A stretch of 64,000 nucleotides of DNA from Dicyema japonicum (taxonomy: Eukaryota; Animalia; Dicyemida), in NCBI GenBank assembly GCA_011109175.1, contig RDEW01000012.1, positions 1,153,220-1,217,219 on the forward strand, in the 5' to 3' direction. The position numbers were made by a program, and so were the translations under genes. The notes below the pieces were generated by a model, which was given only the letters and a program-made list of their open reading frames with translations, was not told where the DNA came from and did not search any database. Of the stretch, positions 12,860 through 25,099 are shown piece by piece. The stretch's first letter is position 1; every line of letters starts with the position of its first letter.

Positions 12860-14350
12860 TAGTTCCAAACTGAGTGCTTCGCTTATGTGTCTCAATAATC
12901 TAATTACGGAAACCCATCAAATTCGAACTATCCTTCCTTTAAATGACAATGAAATTACACATAGATTAAGTCCCACGTGCGTATTTTGTCAAGTGCGTAA
13001 ATTGCAGGCCATTTCCCGTTCTGATGAGTTTATTCATCTGGAAAAAGCTGACTTATTTCACTAAACGAATGTTTTTTGCAATATTTAGCCATTTTCCACC
13101 ATTTTGTAGAACATGACCAACGTGACTGATGCTATCTGTTCATTTCTTGAATTGATTGTGGAAGTTCTGCGTTTTACTGTACGATGTCATCGGAAAGGCA
13201 ATGACAAGCGAACACGTGTCTTCCGCTTTTGTGAAAGTTGTAAAAACCTAGATCCGCTGATCTCCCATTATTTAAACATTATCTTCTCACAGGATGCAAT
13301 CAAAGTGGTCAAATATGTCAAAATTTGGTTAAGTTCAATTCCTGGTATGTCTCAACACGGTGTAAACTGATCTGCAGACACAAATGGACGGCTCGGATAA
13401 AGCAGGTCGTGGTCTGTAAGTCTATATTGCATTTGATTGTGATTGGCTCGTTTATTATGGCAACCTTTTCCCGTTATTTTGATGGTTAATTAGATTGGGA
13501 TTCATTGTATAAATTTGTCCCTCAATTGGCTGGAGTCTTCGAAGCATCAGTTTAGTCGTCATCTTCTGTCTATAAACTGGCTATGGGGATTCTTATAGTG
13601 CAGTCACGTTGGAACAAAGAATTTCAAAGGTCTAGAGGTAATTGTGAAGGTCTGTCGAAGAATAGGTCCTCTGTGTTTTTATTTTTAGGTGCTTTGCTTC
13701 CGATGTACAACAATAATCTCCTAAAACTACTGTTGGTGACCTGTATAGACAAGGAGGCTTATTCGTACTAGTGCGCTTTTTTTGGAGAGTTTTGAAATAT
13801 GTTCGATTTTCGGTGATGAAAACACATGAGTGAGGTACAATTTTGGTTGAATATATCAGATTGTCGAATTGATGAATTCAAGTATGTCAGTCTTCTAGTG
13901 ACGTCAAAAGAAGAGCAGCTATTTCATTGGTTGTACTTTATTGCTGGAATAATGAATTGTTCTCTATTCTGGAGGGTTCATTGAGTAAATACTGTGACAA
14001 TTTTTAATTTTTAAATTTGTCTTAGAAAATTTAGAAGATATGACCAGGAAGTTAAATAAAAATGAAGTAATTCGAATATGCAAGGAAATACAGTCAGATA
14101 TGTATGAATATGCATTTGAGAGAAGTATGCATCTCTAGAGTAAGCCTGACTGAAAGATCAAGATTAAAACTTTTTGTTTTCAAATTGCAAATAGGTTTTC
14201 TAATAAAGACTTTCTGATAGATGCACTTTTCTACTTGAGGCCTGAGATGAAATTAATCAGAAATATAAAATTGCTTTGAAAAGGTTTGGAAGTTGAACTT
14301 TATGATACTAGAAAACAAAATGATAACGAAAACACCCCCAATTGATCCGT
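12860..14350 (+). pseudogene. Possible disrupted multi-exon HEAT/ARM-repeat-like gene (unidentified)
   Basis: Amphipathic helical segments (DAICSFLELIVEVLRF; LYKFVPQLAGVFEAS; LLKLLLVTCIDKE; SSDVKRRAAISLVVLYC) separated by short GT-AG candidates, but no continuous frame could be built. Confidence 0.3.
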
Positions 14351-15592
14351 TTATAACTGGAAAGGGAAAAAGTGATTCATGAAATTAGAATAATTTTTCG
14401 ATGTTCAATTCAACATATGCAAGCTTACATCCATCCATATTCGTCATTGTGGGAACCCTTACAATGGTGTAGGGTAGAAGGATCCTTTGGATGTCCTCTA
14501 ACCACTTGGCGTCTACTGACAGGTAGATTACACGATACCTCTTATGGCTGAAGAAAACAGAGTGGAGCTCTTTACTCTGGTATCTGTGTGGTAATCTAAA
14601 ATGATGAAAATCAAAACCAAATACTGAAATAAATTGACAAATAATTAAATATCGACCATCGGATCTGGTCAAAGGAAAAAATTAAAGGCATCGGGAAAAA
14701 AATAAAGATTACTTGTCTCGTGATTGCCAAAGATGAATGAAGGAAAAAAGTCAGATTATCAAATTTCTCAAATAACCGATTGTTACTTATTTACTACCAG
14801 TTCCTTAAAGTGAAAGAAACCAAAGGACAGTGAGATGATTAGAATGTAGCAAACAAAAAGCAAACAAAAGCGTTCACTACTAAAGGACAGTGAGATGATT
14901 TAGAATTCCAAAAACCATAATAACAAAAAACTAATTATCCCGATACGGTATCAGGGATTTCGTCTTGGTTCGATACTCCTCGAAGCTCTCACAAAGATGT
15001 ATTGGACAAATGAGTAGATATCCATTGTTGAATGGACCCACTCCGATGTTCTTACGGATTAAAAATTAAAATAGAGTATAAGAAAAGTTCTTCTTAAATT
15101 TCAATTGCTCAATAACTCTGAATGCCTGTCTCAGGAAACGTTGAATGCATAGAAGATTTATTGGCATTTATCTGGAAATGAATAAACCTATTATGCGTAC
15201 GATTTTATTTGTTTAAAAATCAAATATCCCGCTATTTACAGTGGAAACACACCCACTGGTTGATTCCAGTTTCTCTTAGTAGCTTACTCAACTTTTCTCG
15301 ATGTACCAACGCACTTCTAAACTCTCGGGGAACACACCAATGCTTCAGGGGTATCATTAGGGAGACCGTTCCCTACAGAAGGATCTCGAATGGTACCAGG
15401 CGTAATAGGATAGCCGAGAAACGTCTAGTGTTTTTTAATTGTAGTGTGGAACCCAGTGATCTTCTTTAGGTTTGTTTTAATGAGTAAGAAATATCTTTAA
15501 AACTGGTTTGTAGTTTTAATGTAATTAATTTAGAGTAAGATTTTAATAATAAATAATTAATTAACAAAATAAAAAATAGTAATTTAAATTCA

Positions 15593-16842
15593 ATGATGAT
15601 CGAACTGCCTTACCTGGTACATTAATAACAATAAAATAATAAGGATGAGGATGGCCCCGACTTATTTGAGTAACAGGAAATGCCAGTCAGGATTGTCCTC
15701 AACAAGAGGAAACAGTAATATATCAAATTACCTAAAGCATGCAAGCGATGATGTCATAGCACTTCAATCAACATGAATGAGGCTCTCGACTTTATAAGCG
15801 GGAAAATCGGTTCATTTAATCATTACTTTAGACAAAATTGACTTTTCCTCAATAAAGGACAGCTGTCCACAAGTAATCAATTTAAATAAAAAAGGACGAA
15901 AGATCCCGCCTAAAAATTTCAAGTGGCATTACGATCGAATAAAACACGAAATTGATGAACTGTCCCAGATCCTTAAGCAAGTGACTACAAATCATAATTT
16001 TAAGAGCGATAATGACACCACTCCCATTCAACTGTTGAAACAGCTCCAAGAGTCCTTTCGAAGCCTACTGAGCATCTCCACTAAAGCTCCTTCTGAATTC
16101 ACTTTATGCCCTACTGTCAGCCAGTCTCTTGAAAAAGCGGAGGGATCTAAGCGGGAAAATCAAATCAACGCCGCCGTAACGTCCAAAGTAACCAAATGTA
16201 TTTTTTGAAGTTTTTCGACTTAGAAAAACGTCTAAATGCTCTGGAAACAGTTTTGGGCGTGAAATCAGATGATTTGGTGATTTTCTGAAAGGAATTTTTT
16301 TCAGGTTAGCCTAATGGCCAAATTCAACTGTAATTCGCTATACCAGTTGGTGGACAAGATAAAAAGTATCGTTGACTTGATCGAGGATGAGAAAGTGGCT
16401 GAATTTGAGATGAAACTACAAAATTTTGATGACAAAGTAAAGCACGCCACCACAGCAAAGGATGAATTATTCAAAAATTTAAACTTGATTAATGTATATT
16501 TAATTTTAATAATTTATAAAAAATTTATAATTAATCAATATTTGTAGGTAGCTGAATTAACCAGAATCCGCTAAATTTGTCGTTGATAGCTAAACGGCTT
16601 TTAAACCTTAAGGAATTGCACAACAAAGGTTTATATCTATTTTTATTTTAGCGGGAGATTTTGTTCAGTTGCTATGGCAACTGAATTCTCACTTTGAACA
16701 GCTGTCTTATACTGTATCGTCTCAGAAATCAGTCATCGAGACTGTTTGAGATTGTATAATACTCTAGTTAAGTGAATCACTAGAGAAGACTGCACAGACT
16801 GTTCAAAGCAATCTGGACTGTTTGCATAATAAGCTTAACTAA
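15593..16842 (+). CDS. DCTN2: Dynactin subunit 2 (p50/dynamitin), many micro-introns, with several apparent frameshifts
   Basis: MMIELPYL|DEDGPDLFE; FFDLEKRLNALETVLG; IAKRLLNLKELHNK|AGDFVQLLWQL...QSNLDCLHNKLN*. Introns at 15617-15643, 15981-16004, 16188-16210, 16277-16304, 16494-16547, 16629-16651 and 16744-16767. Frame breaks near 15680, 15760, 15900 and 16560-16590. Confidence 0.75.
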
Positions 16843-17129
16843 ATTTCCTTAGATATTTAGTGCGTTTATTCAGTGTGTTTATCATTAAGGTGTGTTTATC
16901 GTTTATTCAGTGTGTTTATCACTTTGGACAAATATTTTCAAAGTGAATACAAATAGTGAAGAGCTCTAATGGAGTAATATAAAATAATACTGATTTATAT
17001 TCATCTTTTGTACCAGTCGAAACAATGGGTTGTAGGGACCAAATGGCTTTCCATCCTACATCCCGTCGGATCATTGAAAGCAAGAGGAGGATTGAAGTCG
17101 AGAAGCGTGATGGATGTTTCCGCGCATTT

Positions 17130-17330
17130 AATGCGCTATTCATGGCGGCTTTACTATAATTAAATGAGATGGCGGAACCGCTTTGATGTTGCTTCTCAAC
17201 ATAGCTATAGAAACTTGCTCGAATATCCAGCGGGGTTCACGAAGATTGCCCGAAAATGAGGAATTTGACCCCAAAGTCGATTCAAAAATTCCGCTGTCGA
17301 GAACTACATGGCAGTGAAAGTGTCCACAAC
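17130..17330 (-). mobile_element. CRE-like 3' end fragment
   Basis: VVLDSGIF...LREPRWIFEQVSIAMLRSNI. Confidence 0.55.
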
Positions 17331-17659
17331 AAATAAAATAATATCATTCCGTTGAGTAAGTTAGCATACTTTTTATTTCACATTTCGATTTCATGGCGGC
17401 TGAGCAATATCTAGAGCAGTGGTTCTCAACGCGGCCCCAGGATTTTTTTCGGCCCCGACAAATATACAGTTATTTTTCTGTTTAATGAACGCGACAATTC
17501 TTCATTTTTAAAGCGTTCATTAAAATACTAATGAATAAATTTGTTAAATTGATAAAATCAATTTAATAAAATTTTTAAGAAAATTCAAGATTCTTTAATT
17601 AATTTAATCATAAAATCAGTTATTAACAATTTACTCTTTATTTTAATTTCTAATATTAC

Positions 17660-18370
17660 GCAGCATTCCGAGAATTGATAATCCACTATTACCGAATTTT
17701 ATAAAGTATTTTCAATTTCTTCAAAATGAATTATCGCGTCTTCATAACTAATTTCCTTTATTTTTTCGAGCTCATTGTTATCTTTGTCTTCTTCACAGCT
17801 TTCAAAACTTTAAACAAATTTTCATTGTTTGTAGAAAAGTCATTGAAATAATATTTTTTGGAACTGAATTATCTAGGGTTTTATTCGATGCATTTAAATA
17901 TGTTTCATTTTCTTTCTCGGCTTTTTTCTTCCTCTGAAATTTTCCAATTTTTAAACGCTTTTTCAAAACATTTTTTTATTGTATCTGGCAAAACATCCAT
18001 GAAGCTTTAAAATTATGAATATTCAATGTGTTGAGAAAATTAAGCGTCATTTCCTAAAGCATGTCATTAGTACTAGTATGGTTGTATTTTCTTTTATTTT
18101 GTATCCACTCATATAAAGGTGTGTAAAGCATATCATTTATAGTGCTAGCTAGTTGTAATATTATTTAAATTTTCCATTTTTTTTCTGCTGATATTGTATT
18201 TTTCTTTATTTAAATAAAAATGATCGTTCCAACAGGCATTTTAAAATTTCTGCTTAACAAAGCTTGAGTGATGACGGGAAATTTTTCTTTGTACTCGATA
18301 ACTTCCTTCTTCTGTTTGAAAGAGTATCTATTCTTATTTTCTTAACATTACTAACTTTACGGCACGTGTA
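17660..18370 (-). mobile_element. Tigger/pogo-like transposase remnant nested in hAT
   Basis: LYEWIQNKRK...NFKASW (CENP-B-type HTH) fused to C-terminal DVLPDTIKKCFEKA. Confidence 0.6.
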
Positions 18371-18575
18371 CATTTAAAAAATTTTATATTTAATTATTAA
18401 TTTTTTAAATCAAATTAAGATTCATTAAATAAAAATTCATTAAACTTCAATTTTATTAGGTTATAAATTTTAAAGCCACGTATATTTTTTTAAATAATAT
18501 TAATTTATTAAATAGCTTTTAGTTCTAGTGCTCTAGGAAGTAACTAGATATCTTCAACCTCTTAACCTCTTAGAA

Positions 18576-18900
18576 GTTAGGTTTCCGCGTGGCGCCATGT
18601 GATGCTGCGTGGTTAATTGGCTGAAGTTTTCCGCTTGCTTGTCTGTTCCTCCTCTCTCTTCATAATAGAGTGGCGTCATGTGATCCACCTGTCTAGGTGA
18701 CGCCCAGTGCCAGGCAGGCACGAAAAAGGATCATTTGCTCTTCTCCACTCCAGTGGAGAGGTTTCCACAACTGCATGTAATTGGCGTCTTTCCTTTTGTG
18801 CTGATTCTGGATGGACTCTGTTTCTGTAGAAGTGGAAACTAGATACACTTAATTAGTTGTTTACTTTAACTTTTTTCTCGGTGTATCCGGGGTTAATAAT
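18576..18900 (+). mobile_element. SINE-like family A, copy 1
   Basis: Near-identical over ~320 nt to 24689-25018 and to 34094-34393 (reverse complement). Confidence 0.85.
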
Positions 18901-19919
18901 TAAAAATTAAATCATTAAAAATTGAGATTTGGATTCATTAAGTTTTTTTTTATTTGAATTAATTTATTATCAGGAAACATGAGTAGTTACCTTTGGAAAA
19001 GCCACTCGGTTTCCCGACGCTTCCTCGAGGCTTTGGTCAATAGTAAAATATTCATTAAATGAAAAATTAATTAAACAAAAAAACAACTGTATTATCAGAT
19101 TAAAAATTTATTATTATTAATTAATAATTGTTTTAAAATTTTAAAGTTAAATTTTAATTCACTCTTTGAAATATTATTTCTTTAATGTCAGGTGTTCGTA
19201 AACAATCACGGACTATAGTACAGGAAAACAGAGGATTCAAATCTGAATGGGAGGAAGTGTTCTTTATGATTAAAATACTGGCAAATCAATTAACGTCCTT
19301 ACAACACAAGCTGACGGATATCTTGTTGCTCCTTCAATAGAAAACTAATCATAATTCTTGAAGCAATAAGAACAAATACTGCAATAGACTGCCGGAAATG
19401 CATCTAAGTTAGTTGTTGCGGACCTCGACATCTTCTATTGTACCAGCTTTTAAAGAGTTAATTGATTAATGGTTTATAAATTCACTTTTGCTTTTTTTAT
19501 ATTAATTAAGTTTTAAAAAATTGGCGGCTCCTAAAAAATAATTTATTGATTTGACATCTGGGTCAAAATTCTTGAGAACCACTGATCTAGAGTACTTTAA
19601 GTAGGTTGATTGCGGCGAATGTTTCGGTGGAAGTAATGTCTCTGTTTCCCGATTTCAAAAGGGGAAGAACTGAAATATGATTTATGTAATGTGGTAGTTA
19701 TTTCTCCTATTAATTACAATTTGTAGCGATGTGAGAAACCCGTAGCGTGATGACAAGGATGGATATTGTCATATTTCAAATATAATATTTCTTAAAATAA
19801 GAAATAATTATTTTAAGTATTTTTAATTTTGTGAGTATTTCATTTTTTAAATTTTTTTTCAATAAAAAAAATTTTATCATCAAATGAATAAAAATTAAAT
19901 TAAGGCATCTGAATGGCCA

Positions 19920-20060
19920 TGCTATTTCCCCTAACAATAGCCAACGAGATACGTTCTCTGAACCAACCAGTCTCTCGCGGATCCTTGGTCACAGCTTAAA
20001 TCATGGAGCCGATCTTACGAACCAACTCATCTGCTTGGGGGCCAAGGATTCCTGACGCTT
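19920..20060 (-). mobile_element. CRE-like 3' end fragment
   Basis: GILGPQADELVRKIGSMI...ETGWFRERISLAIVRGNS; nearly identical to 44835-44965. Confidence 0.75.
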
Positions 20061-20149
20061 CCACCGCGAATGGAACAAAAAGATACTCCTCCGAAATTCT
20101 CTGGTACTTCCTCCTCTTTCGTTCCTCGCCTGCCATGTCCTGGGTCTGA

Positions 20150-20410
20150 AGCAGAAGCAACCAAATTAGACGGAAAATTAATTACATGCATAAATAATGA
20201 AAAACCTGCTCATTGTGAATGCAGAGAAGTCGCCCACGTCCTTTTTTACCTCGTCAAATGATTGGGAAGGAAGACAGTCATTTCGATTTATACAAGTTCG
20301 ACATCCATTTCAACAAATGTCAAAGGATTTCGGGTGTGACACTTAATATGCATCTCTGTCTAACACCACAGTGTAGAAAACAATCTGTTAAAATGAGAGA
20401 AAAACAGAGC
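20150..20410 (+). mobile_element. Possible piggyBac C-terminal Cys-rich remnant
   Basis: KLDGK...CSL.M...MHLCLTPQCR, fragmented across frames. Confidence 0.35.
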
Positions 20411-20637
20411 ATATGAAAAAGTTTATCGGGAATATGGAAGCTTTTCAAATTCGACGAAACTGATCATCCGAAAGAAATTTATAATTTTCAGGATAACTAG
20501 ATAATCTATTAATACAAAATCATTTTCAGTTCAATTCTGACATTTTTATATCAAATTTGATTCCAAGTGAATAAAATTTCCAAATACGATTTGTGATTTA
20601 TTTTAGATTTTTTGATTCGTTGTTCTTGTACCATTTT

Positions 20638-20940
20638 TATGTCAAGAAAAAATTCAAGAATATCAAAAGCTAGAGAAGAGCACTTATAAATAAGGATGAA
20701 GAGGGTGGTGATTATATACAGCTTGCTCGAGATCTTGGAGTCAAGAGGACAAACAGCTACAGCCATCGTATAAAGTGGAAACTTGGAGGTAGAAGAGATG
20801 GAAAACGTGGTATGTTTGTAAACGTGGAGGTAGAAGGGATGCTAGGAGTAGACTTGTGGATGATGATATGAATTTAATAATTGAAAAAAATTTAGAATAA
20901 TCAATCGATAACTTTGAAAAAAGTACGAACATTGGTAAAT
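20638..20940 (+). mobile_element. Tc1/IS630-like transposase N-terminal HTH remnant
   Basis: MSRKNSRISKARRRALINKDEEGGDYIQLARDLGVKRTNSYS...ITLKKVR. Confidence 0.6.
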
Positions 20941-20962
20941 AATAAAGTTTGTATTGCGACAA

Positions 20963-21135
20963 TAGCCGGGTGACTTAGTGGTTAGGTGTCGGCTTAAGTG
21001 GCTTAGGCTACGGGTTCGAATCTCGCTGCTGTTCACCTAGTGGAAGCTTCCACGCATCTACGATGCAGAAAAGGGTTTGACGAGTGACGCCGTCATCAGT
21101 GAATCCTCACTGCGGAACTGGATTGTCTAGAAAGG
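20963..21135 (+). mobile_element. tRNA-derived SINE (family B)
   Basis: A-box-like TGACTTAGTGG and B-box GGTTCGAATC; second copy at 44060-44200. Confidence 0.7.
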
Positions 21136-22524
21136 ACACTCACACGATAATAAGAAAAAGAAGTGAAGATCATTCCTTGGTTCTACGATTAGTTAAAATT
21201 AACTGTTCTTTACTTAAAAAAGTGTGTGTCCTGCCTATGCGGAGCTATAAATACTATGGCTCTCGTGAAAAGGCTTTATTAATATTGCGAAAATATATAA
21301 CCGACTTTATGGTCGATTGATACCTACAAAATACTGCAGAGAACCAATTTCCAGGAATAGTCTGGAAAACATAGAATATAGAAAAATATTTGCATTGGAT
21401 TATCAACGTAATACAAATAGAAAAAATACATTTGAAGAATCAAATTTCAATCTCTACATTAAAAAAATTCGGCAAGGAAATTTTGAAAGTATACGCGTAG
21501 AACATACTATACTAAGATTTGATGCACCATGTTCTCCTTAATCCACGCGTAGGCTGTTTTCCATTCTTAAGGCTGGGATAAATACGAATTTATCTAATCA
21601 CAACAATCCCCATAATGATGTTATTGCAGCAGGAAATTGAACCTTGATCGAATTTGAGCAAATTACTACAAAATGATTTGGACTATTCAATAACACATCA
21701 AACACGGGAGAAAATATGACATTTTTACAGAAATGTTAAAAAATAAATGGAAATTGTACGCTTGGGATTTTATTAAATGATTAAGTTGTCAATTTATAGA
21801 ACTGAAAATGGTGTACTATTTCCATAATCTTTGAAATAGTGCGGATAATACTAATTAACTTTCTGCATTTGATCTACAGCTGTTCTCTTCCAAGAACTGA
21901 ACAGAAGCAAAAATCCATTAATTAGTTGTAAGTCTGCTTTTTCGCAAACCAGTATGAAGTCCCAACCAGGGTTTGGTTTTACATCCTCCAACTTATAGTT
22001 TTTTTTTCTTCCAGAGATAAAGTTTCAGAAGGCCGTTATCGTGGAAGACAAGAACAACACTGCAATAGTCTTACAAAAAGACCTGGTCAATATCAAAAGA
22101 AATCTAAAAAATGCCGACGACCTGTACAACATGAGAGCCTTGGCTAGGAACAAGGGAGCATGGAAAAGGATGACATCAAACGTTGTTTTTTTTGCCGCAC
22201 ATCCTGGGCTATAATTAGTATGGCTCTCGTAAAGTGCTTAAATAAATAAATAATATAAAGTTTCAGATTTCCTTTTTATTGGAACAACACATTTTCGAAA
22301 AAAAAGTTTTTGGTTATTCAATGAGAACTAAGAGCATTCTCTCTTCCAATTTTATTCATTCTTTTTCTTAGCAACTTTGATCATTTTTTCTAACCAACTT
22401 AATTTTTTCTTAAAAAATCCCAGTCTTGTTTCAACTCTTTTTTTTAACAAGCTTTTCACAAACTAAATTAATATTGCCCTATATTTAAAAACACATACGG
22501 AATAGGAACTATTCTAATCTATCT

Positions 22525-22598
22525 ACCAGTTAGTGTGAGAATCGAACTCACAGCTAATTGTGACATGAATCACTGCACTATCCAACATGCTTTCTGGC
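22525..22598 (-). pseudogene. tRNA-Met(elongator)-like pseudogene or SINE head
   Basis: D-stem GCAT/GTGC, anticodon arm GTGA-TTCATG-TCAC (CAT, 6-nt loop), T-arm GTGAG-TTCGATT-CTCAC; acceptor stem defective. Confidence 0.5.
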
Positions 22599-23849
22599 AT
22601 CCACCAGATTTTGCTATGATGTCAGTTAGTAACACGTGCTTATAAAAATTATATCAATCTGAATGGATATTAGATAAAAATCGAAACTTTAAAAGTCAGC
22701 CTGAAAAACATTCAAAGTCATCTTCCGATTGACATGGCACGACATAGGCTAAGGAAAGAAAAGTTGGAAGAACGAGTACAATGGAAATTTGAATTTGAAT
22801 TGCCTGGGGGTTAATTTTATAGACGAGTCATGTTTCATGGGAATTATATTCCTTCATATGTGTCCACATGTGGAAAGTAATCTCCAAATATGTCAGAGCA
22901 TCTTCAGATGAATGTGACTGGGAAACCGCCGCACCAGACACACTTGACTGATATTTGTAAGCCTCTGATCACAACATGAATAAAATAGTTAGACATGTGG
23001 TTAATCGTCACACGGTTGAGCTTGTGGCGTTATTCTATTGCACAAATGTCTACATAGATGAAAACCCTTGTCTCTCTTCTTGGACAAAGTATATTTTATT
23101 TACTATAAAGTCGCATGCAAAAAACCAACTTTGTATTTTGGGGGATGTCAGTACTAAGTTATAATAGAGGTGCCATATAAAATAAACACAATCAATTTTA
23201 TAATGTTTTTTACTGATGGTATGTTTTTTTAGGTAAAAATAAATATAGAAACTGTATCTTGGTGATCGTCCCATAGTCACTAGCAAACAGACTACTCGAT
23301 TAGTAAGGGAGAGAGGTTGGCTCGGTTTGCTAAGTGTAATTATTCTTTTTCAAAAATTTGCGAAGTGGTTTTTGTAGTTAATTCGCAAACACGTAGGAGG
23401 CTGGCTACCAACAACAGTCCAGCTGAGAGTATGAGCGCATTCAAAAGCTCCATAGATTCATTGGTCGTTGATTTTCTCGTCGTTGAAATTTGACCTATTT
23501 AACTTAAAAAGGTCATTTTCCATTAGACCTATTTAACCTTTCATTAAAACTAAATATCATTTAATTTTTTATTAATTTATTGTTAAATTTTAAAATAATT
23601 TTTATCTCACTTCATTCATCATTGACGTGGATTAAGGATTGCCAGCAATTTCTATGGAATTGTATTCCCTAATTTTGACCTATAAATCCATAACGGTTTT
23701 CCGTATATCAAGTAATCAACTTCAGTTTTTAAAAAAAATTATTAATTTAGAAGATAATTAAGATGAAAGTAAAAAATTATCAATAATATAAATATTAAAA
23801 ATATGGTTAATTTTAATGTTTTTATGTGGTTAACCAATTTAACAATAAT

Positions 23850-24520
23850 ACATCAGCTATTGATATATATATCTTTAGTGGAGTATTCTGTCGTATTTTT
23901 GTTATTGAATTTAATCTGGCTGTTATCAAAATGGTCGACGCTTAATTATTTTGGTAACTTCTAATCAAGCTTTGTTCCTTCAATAACGATAATTCTACGA
24001 TTTAATATATTCACATACGAGGTATTGTCTTCATTTTCCAAATTCTTATACAACAATCCAATATATTTATATTATTCCCTGAAACACCATAATGCGGACA
24101 TCATCGTTATAATAGAATGTTGATTGTTCTTCCTTATATCAACAGAACACTTTTAATTGGGTCAGATAATTCTATTGGCTTCAATTTTTTGAATGCAACT
24201 CACATCAGAAAAAATTGTGATTGCCTTTAGATGCTTCCGATTTCAAGTAAAATATTTGGAGAATATGATTATTTTTGATTTGTTTTTTAAGTGTTAACGA
24301 TAAAAATTTCCAATCTCAAACCTTTCATCAGATTCCTTAGGAGATCGACGGGAGAAGACCATCATCTTTTGATATTAAAATGCAGCTAATTCATAATCAA
24401 TGTTTGAGTCAGTAACTTAATTCTACTATAGTCATGTTCCTTTTCATTTCCATCGTATGTAATCCATCCAAGTAGTATGACTGTTACTTCCACTGGACGA
24501 GCTACGTACGAAGATACTAA
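23850..24520 (-). mobile_element. Tc1-like DDE transposase remnant
   Basis: TIFSDVS and IMV-W/F-GC-like motifs amid many stops. Confidence 0.4.
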
Positions 24521-24688
24521 TTTACGTACCTGAGTACTTAAATTGGAGTTATTTGTTGACTTGTTATTATCGAATTTTTAAATAATATTAATATTTTTTT
24601 AAATAGTATTAATTTATTAAATAGCTTTTAGTTCTAGTGCTCTAGGAAGTAACTAGATGTCTTCAACATTGATCTTAACCTCTTAGAA

Positions 24689-25018
24689 GTTAGGTTTCCG
24701 AGTGGCGCCATGTGGTGCTGCTTGGTTAATTGGCTGAAGTTTTCCGCTTGCTTGTCTGTTCCTTCCCTCTCTCGTCCTAATAGAGTGGTGTCATGTGATC
24801 CACCTGTGTAGGTGACGCCCAGTGCCAGGCCGGCACGAAAAAGGATCATTTGCTCTTCCCCACTCCAGTGGAGTGGTTTCCACAACTGCATGTAATGGAC
24901 GTCTTACCTTTTATGTTGATTCCGGATGGACTCTGTTTCTGTGGAAGTGGAAACTGGATACACTTAATTAGTTGTTTACTTTAACTTCTTTCTCGGTGTA
25001 TCCTGGTTAATAAATAAA
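24689..25018 (+). mobile_element. SINE-like family A, copy 2, with TSD
   Basis: 13-bp TSD TAACCTCTTAGAA (24676-24688, 25019-25031) and (TAAA)n tail. Confidence 0.9.
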
Positions 25019-25099
25019 TAACCTCTTAGAATTGAGAGACATGGTAACACGTGGCTACAACGTCGAATTCTTAACATAGTTTTAAATATGTCAAATTAA

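Larger units (their letters stand above)
17417..19584 (+). mobile_element. Non-autonomous hAT element (GTF2IRD2/EPM2AIP1-like remnant) with nested cargo
   Basis: TIRs CAGTGGTTCTCAA at 17417 and its reverse complement ending 19584; perfect 8-bp TSD ATCTAGAG (17409-17416, 19585-19592); remnant MSGVRKQSRTIVQENRGFKSEWEEVFF from 19185 and C-terminal LLRTSTSSIVPAFKEL. Confidence 0.92.

Noticed and set aside
14822-14906. 25-nt direct repeat AAAGGACAGTGAGATGATT(T)AGAAT, 60 nt apart
   Set aside because: Only two copies; consistent with a local slippage duplication or assembly artefact.
16864-16922. 22-nt direct repeat just after the DCTN2 stop
   Set aside because: Low-complexity GTGTTTAT slippage with no supportable function.
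21075-21110. CTGATGA on the minus strand of SINE family B (also 44140) as a hammerhead ribozyme
   Set aside because: No GAAA after stem II (CAAA or CAAC instead) and no complete three-stem core.
22525-22598. Functional tRNA-Met gene
   Set aside because: 6-nt anticodon loop and a broken acceptor stem; kept only as a pseudogene or SINE head.
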